Below are positions 10,611-20,898 of a stretch of 64,000 nucleotides of DNA, piece after piece. This DNA comes from Eledone cirrhosa (taxonomy: Eukaryota), in contig OZ024743.1 of NCBI GenBank assembly GCA_964016885.1, forward strand, positions 26,226,001 through 26,290,000, in the 5' to 3' direction. Within the stretch, counting starts at the first letter, position 1. Every line of letters starts with the position of its first letter. The notes under the pieces were generated by a model, which made no database searches, was not told the origin of the DNA, and saw nothing but the letters and a program-made list of their open reading frames with translations. A program made the translations under genes and the position numbers.

Positions 10611-12884
10611 ATGTCTAGCCCTAGATGTGTGGAGATGATCATTGAGAGTGAGGTGGAGTTCTGCGACGTCGACACAGACGAACTGGGCCTCCTACTTAGA
10701 CTTACCTACGACACTGACTACCTAGACAGCCATGACCTTAGATGTTTCTGCCCTAGTAGACCTATAAGAGGTAGACCCCCCACCATAACCTCAATGGCTA
10801 AAAAGACTCCCATAGGAAGGTGGATTGGGTGGACCAAAGCTATACGGACCCCCCAAAACACTGATCAGGTAAGAAAAATCCTCAACGCTCACATGATGAT
10901 GTGGACTGACATCCTAAAGCCAAGCAGACGCACTGCCAACAACTTCCAGGCGTCTAACAATGGCATACCACCCTTGTATGGGCTCCGCAAAGACCACAAG
11001 ACAGTCGACGACCCGACAATAGGACCACCAACAAGACCTGTATGCGGAGCTAATATAGCTAGCAACTACAGGATCTCCTACTTCCTCTCAATGGTTATAC
11101 GCCCCATAATCAAGATGTCCCCAGATGTATGTGAAAGTACAGAGGACCTCCTCAGCAGAATCAGTGAGTGCAACAAAAACAGGAGCCTATCCAACTGCAT
11201 AATAGGCAGCATGGATGTGGTGTCACTGTACCCATCCATTAACATTGATTTTGCTGTGAAAAGATGTGTGGAGATGATCATTGAGAGTGAGGTGAAGTTC
11301 TGCGACGTCGACACAGACGAACTGGGCCTCCTACTTAGACTTACCTACGACACTGACTACCTAGACAGCCATGACCTTAGATGTTTCTGCCCTAGTAGAC
11401 CTATAAGAGGTAGACCCCCCACCATAACCTCAATGGCTAAAAAGACTCCCATAGGAAGGTGGATTGGGTGGACCAAAGCTATACGGACCCCCCAAAACAC
11501 TGATCAGGTAAGAAAAATGGTCGCACATGCAATAGGGGCTAGTATCAAAACTACCCTAAAGGGCCACATATTTAAGTTCAATGAGAAAATCTACACCCAA
11601 AATGAGGGAGCAGCCATCGGCGTCAGCATAGCTGGCGATGTTGCCAACCTTTTCATGGTATGGTGGGAAAGGAGACTTAAAGATCTCCTTAATGAAAGCT
11701 CCATAGACCTCATCATGTACTCTCGTTATGTAGACGATATCAATATAGTTATAAGAACACCCCCACTAGACAGCACTAACAAGTTTGATTTAGAACGTAG
11801 CACGATGGAAAGCATCCAGCAGATAGCTAATTCCATACACCAGAGTATAACTGTAACTATAGACTTCCCTTCCAAACACCCTAACAATAGACTACCTGTA
11901 TTAGACACAGAACTCTGGATTAACACTATAGACGAGAGAGCCCAAATTCTCCACTCACACTATGCTAAACCCATGGCCTCCAAATACCTGATACTCAAAA
12001 ACTCAGCAATGTCCAGTAGTGCTAAGTTTAATATTCTGATCGCAGATTTGGTACGAGTGATGAAGAATGTGTCCAGCATGTGCGACCCAACAGAAATGGA
12101 AGGACACATCCAACACTTCATCAACCGCATGCAGTTCTCTGGCTACAACCAAAGAGACAGAGTCAGAGTATACGAAGGAGCCATGGAAAAGTATAAGACC
12201 CTCATAGAACTGGACATGAAAGGAATTTGCCCACTATACAGGAGCAAATCATGGAATAGCTTAGATAGGGCTAGACATAAGATAGGGAAGGCCACATCAT
12301 GGTACGACAACCAGAGATATCAGAGTGTCATGTTTGTGGACGCCACCCCTGGAGGGAAATTAGCTAACCAGTGTAGAAAGGCCCTGAGAAAGACCCACTT
12401 AAAAATAAAGGTGGTAGAAAAGCCAGGAACCACCATAAAATCCCTGATCAGCAAAACCTACCCTTTTAAGAAAACCCACTGTACCAATAGGAAATGTATC
12501 ATATGTAAGGTGAACCCCCGGATAAACTGTAAAACTAGAAACGTAGTCTATAGCATAAGATGTACAGAGGGTACTTGCAGAAACACGACAACAACATACA
12601 TAGGTGAGACAGCTCGTAGCATAGGTGAAAGGATAGACCAACACTGGGGGGAACTAAAAGGACGAAAAAACGGGTCAGTACTATACGAACATGCTAGACA
12701 ACATCATGACGGTAACATAGACAACATAGAAATTAGAATAATATCTAAACATAGGAATGACCCAGCAGATAGGCAAATCAGAGAGGCCAGTGAAATAGAA
12801 ATTAGAAGACCAAAGCTAAACAGAAAGAATGAGTGGAACAACAACAACACCCAAACAAACAACACTGACCTAAGAGAAGTATAA
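10611..12884 (+). CDS. Penelope-like RT / GIY-YIG endonuclease (chimeric N-terminus)
   Basis: Motifs PPLYGLRKDHK, RPVC, GSMDVVSLYPSI, QNEGAAIG, YSRYVDD, LPVLD, linker CTNRKCIIC, and NVVYSIRC...YIGETAR...H...HARQHH. 757 aa with no stops. Confidence 0.9.
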   Translation: MSSPRCVEMIIESEVEFCDVDTDELGLLLRLTYDTDYLDSHDLRCFCPSRPIRGRPPTITSMAKKTPIGRWIGWTKAIRTPQNTDQVRKILNAHMMMWTDILKPSRRTANNFQASNNGIPPLYGLRKDHKTVDDPTIGPPTRPVCGANIASNYRISYFLSMVIRPIIKMSPDVCESTEDLLSRISECNKNRSLSNCIIGSMDVVSLYPSINIDFAVKRCVEMIIESEVKFCDVDTDELGLLLRLTYDTDYLDSHDLRCFCPSRPIRGRPPTITSMAKKTPIGRWIGWTKAIRTPQNTDQVRKMVAHAIGASIKTTLKGHIFKFNEKIYTQNEGAAIGVSIAGDVANLFMVWWERRLKDLLNESSIDLIMYSRYVDDINIVIRTPPLDSTNKFDLERSTMESIQQIANSIHQSITVTIDFPSKHPNNRLPVLDTELWINTIDERAQILHSHYAKPMASKYLILKNSAMSSSAKFNILIADLVRVMKNVSSMCDPTEMEGHIQHFINRMQFSGYNQRDRVRVYEGAMEKYKTLIELDMKGICPLYRSKSWNSLDRARHKIGKATSWYDNQRYQSVMFVDATPGGKLANQCRKALRKTHLKIKVVEKPGTTIKSLISKTYPFKKTHCTNRKCIICKVNPRINCKTRNVVYSIRCTEGTCRNTTTTYIGETARSIGERIDQHWGELKGRKNGSVLYEHARQHHDGNIDNIEIRIISKHRNDPADRQIREASEIEIRRPKLNRKNEWNNNNTQTNNTDLREV

Positions 12885-13158
12885 ATAAATAAGTAAATTA
12901 AATTAAATAAAATAAGATAAATAAATACATACACAAGCACATAAACACACACTAGTCACCCAGCAGACAACACTATACACACTAGTCACACATCACACAT
13001 CACACATAACACTATACACACACGCAAACGCATGCGCAAAGAAGACAAAATAAAATAAGATAAACAAACAAGCAAATAAATAAATAAATATATAGACAGA
13101 CTGAACAAAAAAAAATGGCGTAGACATACAACACAACAGGAGGAACAATGAATATAAC

Positions 13159-13203
13159 ACCACTGACGATGTTGCAGATGTGCAACGAAAGATTTATGTA
13201 AAC
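13159..13203 (+). ncRNA. Hammerhead-like core in the pLTR (mirror at 9686-9730 on the minus strand)
   Basis: CTGACGA(13163-69)-t-gttgca gatg tgcaac-GAAA(13187-90). Stems I and III are weak. Confidence 0.5.
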
Positions 13204-13465
13204 TATATATATATGTGTTTGTCTATATTGTATCTGTATTATTTTTGACCGCCGGTCAGTCAATGGCAACATTGAGGACCGAGTAAGCTAGATCGCAGAT
13301 ATATATATATAAAAGACAGCGAGAAGCGAAAACCAACCAAACAGTGAGTGTGTTCTGTTATTAATTCTGGCAATATTACGCAAATATGACCCTCCCCAAA
13401 TATAACAATATCTGTTTCGACACACGATTTCATATAAAAAACCTCGCAAAACTAATTCATCGCCG

Positions 13466-13545
<80 letters not shown>

Positions 13546-15149
13546 GCGTGAATGTATGTACGTATGTATGTTTAGTATTATCGTTATCTTTCAACATATT
13601 TTTTTCATTCACAATTTCGTTAGCAAAATATTGTAACAAATGCATTTACAGGGACCATGGGGGTGGGGTTTGCTCGGTCCCCTTTGACAAGTTGGAGAAA
13701 TAAAATTGTGAACTACGGAACGTTTGAGTGTAGATGTTTTGTATGAAAATGCAACAGATAGGCTAATGATATGTGCGAACAATTTAGAGAGTAAGAGATA
13801 GTCAATGATAGGCTGTCATAGTCAACTAAAAAGAGGACAACAAGTGACCAAAATTGACCGCAGCCGACTCTACAGCTATCAAAATCTGCAACCGAACTGG
13901 CGGCACTAACTGTTATCCTGTTGTTTCTGGACACTTGTGCTAAAGATGATGACAGCAGTCTGTCTGAGGAAGGAGGCCTGCGGGGTGTGGTGGCTGATGT
14001 AACGTGTGTCGCTGGCCATTGTCCGGGAAAATGCTTTTGCTATTTTGTCTGCGGGATGCAGCCGAAACACCGCTCTGACATATGTGTAGAGTCTGTCACC
14101 CTCTCCCCTTCCCTCAAAGTTTGAAATACTATATAGCAATTAACACATTTGGTCACGGTAGAGACAAATGCAACGAGATCATACAGACAATCTTTTGTGA
14201 AAATAATGTGCGTCACAGAAGAAGAGAAAATACATAGACCCCGACAGAAAGCTGCAGAAATGCTGTAAAATAGTTGGTGATAGAAAGAGCATGCAGTCAT
14301 AGAAAGTTTGCCAAATAGATGGTTTCTAAGCTAAGCTGTCAAAACAAAATACTTGACTGTGTTTGTGTGTCTGTGAAATATAAACATATACACCAGGTCC
14401 GAACACAAAGGAACCAAACTCCCACTGTCACCGCTTCCGTCTCTCCCATTTTCCCCCATCTTTCACTATTATGAGCAAATGGGGGTCCACGTGCTGGCCG
14501 TCCCGCGGCCCCGGCGGACAGAATAGAGAAGGCGTTTCCCCGGAGGATAGTGAGGGAGACGTGCTGGTGGCAGAGATAAAGCTAAAGTAGAAGAATGAAA
14601 TAAATAAAAAGAAAGATAGAAAAGGATCGATCGACTTTCGTCAAATCGGACCGAGGAAACAATGTTTTTGTCAGTCTTTCCAGTTGCTAGTACTATCTAT
14701 CGGTCGCAACTCCAGGTAGAAGGAGCAACGTGAAATAAAGTGTCTTGCTCAAGGACATAACGCATCGCCCGGTCCAGAAATCGAACTCACAAAGAGAGAA
14801 AGAAATAGTAAAAATTAGAGGAAGGAGCGACACAGAAACACAACGGAAATTAAGTTTACATCATCCTGTCATACTACAGTGAACAGATGCAAAACTGATT
14901 AAGGTGTCGAAGGAAGTACGGTATTCCAGACAGAACAAGGCGTGACTATTATACTCTAAAACAATAAACGTCTTCTAACCAGAACAACTCACAGGTAACA
15001 TGTACCCTTAGCTGATGTACCCCTCCCCCCACATCATGATCAGTTAATTAATCACCAGATAGCGTTGCCCGATCAATACGTTTAAAAACCAACGTTATTT
15101 ATAAATTGATTTGCCAACGCGGAGAAAACATATATCGGATCAACAAAAC

Positions 15150-15790
15150 GGCAGTTACATGGATGGATGAAATTGAATGGAATGGACATCTGTCTGTTTC
15201 GACGATGAGTCTTTCAGCAGTTCTATCAACGGAACATTCTGCTCATGAAGTTAAAGTGTAAATGGTTGGGCATGCTTCAGACACATCTACTTGTAACGTA
15301 ATTCTCAGGAAAATCTAGCGTGATAGAATGTATAACAATGCTGAATCTTTGAATTATAGGTACAGTCCATCCAACGACCTTCCGAGCAGTTTCGTTTAGT
15401 CAATTTAATTCACAAGGCATGGGTGTCCCGAAGCTATGATAACTGACACATGCCCAAGACAGACCTGTCAACTCTTCCCGTTCAACGGGGATATCCCCCA
15501 CCCACTTTTGGTTGGATGAGAGATGTTTTCTCTTGCTAAAATGGGTATAGCTTTCATTATGTAAAATCTCCCCGGGGTCGATAAAATAAAGTACCAGTAA
15601 TGCACTGGGTAATTGCTAGCCTTGTGCCTAAAGTAGAAACAATTATGTAAAATCTCCCCATTTTGCCTCATTTCTCCCCGCTTTGGGGCACCTTTTTTCA
15701 TGGTACTCCCTGTTTGGGTTTTTAAAGGTTGGCAAGATGTCAGGCAGTAGGAACGAAACAGGGACCAAACGGTTGCGAAATTAACTTCTT
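15150..15790 (-). mobile_element. Old tRNA-derived SINE interrupted by a MITE-like insert (15460-~15737) that itself contains a truncated SINE
   Basis: Homologous to the SINEs at 54330-54665 and 62145-62450. The insert has a second partial copy at ~15860-16006. Confidence 0.55.
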
Positions 15791-16399
15791 AGCCATTCGG
15801 CCATGCTACGTCCGCAGCAGTTACAATATAAAAACATTCTATAAAGTCAGTGGTGCACTTTTGGGTGGGTGAGAGATGTCTTCTCTTATGAAAATGAGTA
15901 TAGCTTTCATTATGTAAAATTTCCCCATTTTACCTCATTTCTCCTCGTTTTGGGGCACTTTTTACATGATACTCTCCGTTTGAATTTTTAGAGGTAGGCA
16001 GGTCTGCACTTCGTTTAAAAATAGAACCCCACTCTGAACCACAGAGGGGGATTACTGACGTGAAAGTACATATTTAATATCTCCAAACAGTAACAACATC
16101 GTAACAGTCAGGATTTGATCTCGGTGTCTTTCATTTTGGAAATGGATTATCATGACAACAAATTCCATTTTCAGCTGAAACATTTGCTAGTTTGTATTTG
16201 CCTAACAATCATATTTGATTTTGATCCCTCAACACCGGTCGTCAATATTTGTTACCGCATTGGTTTGAATTCTAGAACATTCGATATCACGTGATTTCTC
16301 TTTTGCAGAAGAATTTAATCTACTAAAGCTTTTGTGTATTTCGTGTAAAACGTCGGACACGCTGGAAGAGAGATGGTAAGTCTTTGAGTATGTGAGAGA

Positions 16400-17560
16400 G
16401 ACAGAGAGGGGGGGGGTGTACGAGAGAGACGGTACAGCATTCAGCCACACACCATGATAACAGAAAGTCAGAGCGGAAACATGCCACTGCTGGTCAAGCA
16501 GGTGCACAAAGCTATCCGAAATTTTGTCGCACTGGATTGCATCCCTCTTATGTTGAAGAGATTGGGTGTTCACGTACTGGAGGCAAAATCCATTCTATGG
16601 CAGGTAGGTTGCCTTCAGTTCCTTAATCACAGTAGGCTCCGGTGTGTTGTGGAGAACTTTGTTGGTAAGAGCACCACGATAGGTCAACGACGAAAGAAGT
16701 GCCGGCAATTACATTGAAACTGGAGGCCGAAATTAAGACCAACGTATCTAAGGGTAAGGTGGCTTGCTGTTATTGAAGTGGACGTTGTATGTCTCCTCCA
16801 AACTACAGCAGATGCAAGCAGCAAAATTACTGAGATAAGATGCATGACAGTAACAGGAGACACTGTAAAAGGTATACAAAAGTTTCGGCATGGCGAAGCG
16901 ATTCCCCAGCAAGAAGAGAGCGTCAGTCTGACTGAGCCTACTCATGAGAATTTTGAGATGGGGTAGTTTGGACGAGGGTTGTTCGGATGACAGGCGGGCG
17001 GATCTATGGCCAAAATATGAGAACATCTTCTTTCGGGTCACGTCCACCTGGTGGATATCGGTCACCTGTTTCTTACGAAGGCCTCAAAGCTCTTTGTGTC
17101 GTAGTTAGCGTTCACGACTTCCGACTTGGAAGAGTTAATTTCGAGGTCGATCCTCGTAAAGGCAGGGGCTACTGAGTGAAGATAGTGGCAGATAGACACC
17201 ACAGCCCTGCTTATCATTGCAATAGCCAGCTACCTCACGTTGAATAATACTGTGATGCTTTACTCAACGTCGTTTCCAACGAGTACGAAGAGAAGTCATC
17301 TTGTTGAACGCCAGTAGAGGATAAAAGTGTATTATCTATATGGACAAGAATCCTCGGGGACTCGTATGACAAGTAGGCTAATAGATAGACGGATGGGGCA
17401 CGACTGAAATAAGCTTCGGGCAAGCAGTCAAGATGCAGACAGTTAAAAGCACTTCTTGTATTGAACTTGACAATGCCATGTCTAAAATCTTTAATCACCG
17501 TCTTAGGTGGTAGTCATTGATGAACGGCTTAGTGGTGTAGGTGACCCCCCTTCACATCCG
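16400..17560 (-). mobile_element. CRE-clade retrotransposon relic (RT to thumb)
   Basis: Motifs KFNTRSAFNCL, SSTGVQQDD, LMSRLSQTDALFLLGNRFAMPKLLY and GVWLNAVPS, with many frameshifts. Confidence 0.7.
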
Positions 17561-17719
17561 TGAGCTACGTCGACCTCTAATTGTTCAGGGCTTGGGTCTT
17601 TGTCCAGTTCACAGGCGACAGACATACAGAGAAACCTGCCAGGCAGCGTACAGACGCACACGTGAGCGCGCGCGCGCGAGAAAACACACACACACACCTG
17701 TGCGTGTAGTGTGTGAAGG

Positions 17720-18900
17720 CGCATGGCTTAGTACGAAAAGAGCAGGTACGAGCGAGTCACCCTGTTGGACCCCTGTATCAAATCTGAGGAAATGGTCGCC
17801 GAAGGAGAGGTAGGAGGGCTCTCGATAGGTTTGCGAAGCGAAGTGGTAAAGCTGCAAAGCTCTCTCCTTTACTGAATGAAGGATGACATCCCCACTGATG
17901 GAATTGAAAGCATTCTTGAGATCGAGCTTGAGGATAACTTTGGGGATTTCAGAGGGCAAGTTGGTAAATGCTTTAGTGGTGTGAGCGGCAGTCTCACAAA
18001 CCAGCTGAATAGAGGAAAATTCGGCGAACAGGCTGTCTGAAATCGAAGACAGACATACTTTCGCAGTGAGCCATCACAGTGTACACCCAACTGCTATGGG
18101 GTGGAGGTCATCATTGGGCTTTGTGAGGCCAAACTGCTCATCCCCAAAGAACAGGGAGCGAATATAAGGGAAGACATTCTCAGTCGAGAACAGGTTATGA
18201 AATGGGAGAGGTTCTCCAAGGGCTTTAGACCGGATCCTCAGCCGACAAGGAGACACCATCCTTCAGGTGCTGAGGTCGAAGACCATCAATCCCTGCACTA
18301 AAGCTCGCTGGAAAGGATATAATCGCTTTCCTGGCGTTATCTGGGGTGAAGACAGGCTGCAAATAACCAGTGTAAATGGTCGTCAGGGGGGCCAGAGGAT
18401 GTTTCACTCTCAGTCGGTTGAGTAGCACACAGAGCGGAGGATGACAGAAAAGAAAGGAGGCAAACAGCCCCTTTAATGTCAAATTCATTGAATTTGGCTT
18501 TGACGGCCTTCTTAAACTTCGGTCTATTGATTGGAACTGAATTGATCACCGACCTGAGATGAGCAGTAGTTGTTGAATCGACCAACTCGAACTGCCGTTT
18601 TAAGGAAGATGTGAGGAATCCGGATTTCGCGTTGAACATGTGGAGAGAGACTTAAGGGAGCAAGAATAGTTTCTGCCATTCCAAGATGTCGTTGGATAGG
18701 CAGTTTGGAAAGAGCACGGGCGAAACTAGTCCGAGCTCCCTTTAGGATCTTGTTGATAACTTTCAATTTAGACAAGGCCCGCAGGGTAGCGGCAAAATCC
18801 TCAACGGGGATCTGAACTAGGTCAGAGCTAGGTTCTGATCCAAAGTGAATAGGAGCTGAAGTGGCATTGGTTACACATCCAGTTTGAGAAACTTTCTATT
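17720..18900 (-). mobile_element. Second CRE-clade relic (pre-RT and RT motifs A-B)
   Basis: Motifs SAGIDGLRPQHLKD, LTKPNDDLHPIAVGCTL, KLDLKNAFNSI and GVQQGDSLVPALF. Confidence 0.78.
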
Positions 18901-19059
18901 TGAACCTTAGTAATGCCAACCAGCTCCTGTGATAGCTTAGACAACATGAGTGACATTCGATTGTCTTTATATATAGACTGGTACGGAAACAGAGAGCGAA
19001 GTTTGTTGGTGAATTGGCAATATCAGAGAAGTCGCCATTATAATTAAGTGTTAAAATGG

Positions 19060-19260
19060 AAATTATTTTTTCCAGCCTCTGGTGTTCGAGACGATAGGTG
19101 GAGTTGGGCCGCTAACAGCGAAGTTCTTATCATCGCTGGCAGCTCGCCTGACTGAGGTATCAGGTGATATCCGTGAGGGAGCCTGTTTGTTTCACCGCCT
19201 TAGCCTCTCCATCGCCCGTGGTAATGTTGCGAACTTATTGGCTTACCTCCAAAATATTCC
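19060..19260 (+). mobile_element. CRE-clade 3' end (RLE C-terminus)
   Basis: FETIGGVGPLTAKFLSSLAARL...GDIREGACLFHRLSLSIARGN. Confidence 0.72.
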
Positions 19261-19477
19261 GTTGACCCTTGTGATATGCGGTCGATTGTCGCACTTGGTG
19301 AATTGATGGTCCTTTTTGTTTTTGCTCTTCCCTTTTTTCTTTCCCTCGCCCTGGTCATATATTTTGGTGCGTTATATTTGTGAGGTTCCTAGCAATACTT
19401 AATTATATTTGTTATATGCGTTTATATTTGTATTTATTAACAACATTATATTTGTAAAGTTATTCTGAAAGAATTCT

Positions 19478-19936
19478 GAGCATAGCGGACACCAAGCTTT
19501 GCAGTATAGAGTTATGACCCTTTACGTTCTGAGCTCAACTCCCGCCTAGGTTAGCTTTGCCTTTTATCCTTATGGGGTCGATAGAATAAAGCAACAGTAA
19601 TGTACTGGGGTTGATTTAATCGACTTTCCCCTCCCCTTCAAATTGCTGGCCTTGTGCCTAAAGTAGAAACAATTTGTAATCTTATTTAGGTATACATATA
19701 TTTGTATATTATAAAATATTATAATATTTAATATATAAATAAATATTATAATATATAAATATCGGTAGAGGGTCGGACGCCATGCTTTGGCGCATAGAGT
19801 TACGTCCCTTGCCATTCTGAGTTCAAATCCCGCCGAGGTTAACTTTGCCTTTCATCCTTACGGGGTCGATAAAATAAAGTACCAGTAATACACTGGGATA
19901 ATTGCTGGCCTTGTGCCAAAAGTAGAAACAATTATT
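19478..19936 (+). mobile_element. Two copies of a tRNA-derived SINE with a Deu/Nin-like central domain
   Basis: B-box GAGTTCAAATCCC and GCCTTTCATCCTTACGGGGTCGATAAAATAAAGTACCAG. Copies at about 19478-19674 and 19760-19936. Confidence 0.75.
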
Positions 19937-20027
19937 AAATATTATAATATATATATAAAAATTATATATTATAATATATACATAAAAACTTTATACATCT
20001 AAAAAAAGTATTTACATATGTATATAA

Positions 20028-20075
<48 letters not shown>

Positions 20076-20082
20076 ATGATGA

Positions 20083-20113
<31 letters not shown>

Positions 20114-20116
<3 letters not shown>

Positions 20117-20202
20117 CGAAGGAAATGTGGTAAGGAACCAGGTGGACCATAACGCACCAAAGTACTCAATACTTAGGGTAGGAGAGTGGGGTCCTACTCG
20201 TT

Positions 20203-20204
<2 letters not shown>
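20114..20204 (-). mobile_element. Penelope-type pLTR fragment (same family as 403-622)
   Basis: Near-identical to the reverse complement of ~545-622; embedded in (TA)n. Confidence 0.7.
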
Positions 20205-20264
<60 letters not shown>

Positions 20265-20521
20265 TTATATACATGTTTATTCTTTCATGCATGTCTAAAT
20301 AGACTCCTTTGTATATTAGTCCATTCATTAAAGAACGAATTCCTACAAGCCGGAAGAGGATGTAATATTCATACGCATGCGTTATAGCAGTACGCGTTGA
20401 ATGGTGCAACAAGTGCTTGTTGAGGAAAACCTTTGTGATGTATTTTATACTTAAATCCCTATCTAGTGAATACAAACAAATCAATTTTTTCCCGGTTTAA
20501 GATTTCCTTATATTTATAAAG

Positions 20522-20548
20522 ATGGCAGAAGCAGATTCTGTTTTAATG
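20522..20548 (+). CDS. TTC21B: TTC21B coding exon 1 (MAEADSVLM)
   Basis: Good Kozak context (aagATGg), GTGAGT donor, phase 0 matching exon 2, X-box-like site nearby. The exon is short, so less certain. Confidence 0.7.
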
Positions 20549-20858
20549 GTGAGTGCTGTCTATTGTTTTTTAAAACATTGCCAAGCGGTTGCCATAACTA
20601 CCATTTAAGCGTCCGCTTTCCATATATAAACAAAATAACTTAACGTCAGAAACAGTCTACGTTTATTAATCATTTCTTTATATTGAGATGGAAATAATCA
20701 AAACAATAGTGATAAAGGAACAAATGAATAAAGAAGACAACTAACTTAATGATAATATATATAAATGTATATATACATAACTATGGGTGTGTGTACACAT
20801 ACATTATATATATATTTATATATCTATAATATACAGTATTTGTTTGAATGTATCTATA

Positions 20859-20898
<40 letters not shown>

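Larger units (their letters stand above)
9478..13448 (+). mobile_element. Penelope-like retroelement (probably Naiad clade), 5'-truncated, with inverted 3' duplication
   Basis: RT+GIY-YIG ORF. 9478-10623 is the reverse complement of 12266-13411. (TA)n lies on both sides. Confidence 0.92.

Noticed and set aside
10611-12884. Selenocysteine recoding in the Penelope ORF
   Set aside because: No in-frame TGA in the retained ORF, which ends at TAA.
13640-14500. Cys-containing short ORFs / possible transposon relic
   Set aside because: No splice-consistent exon or recognisable domain; left unassigned.
19760-19850. tRNA gene
   Set aside because: The A/B-box-like head belongs to a multi-copy SINE; no full cloverleaf.
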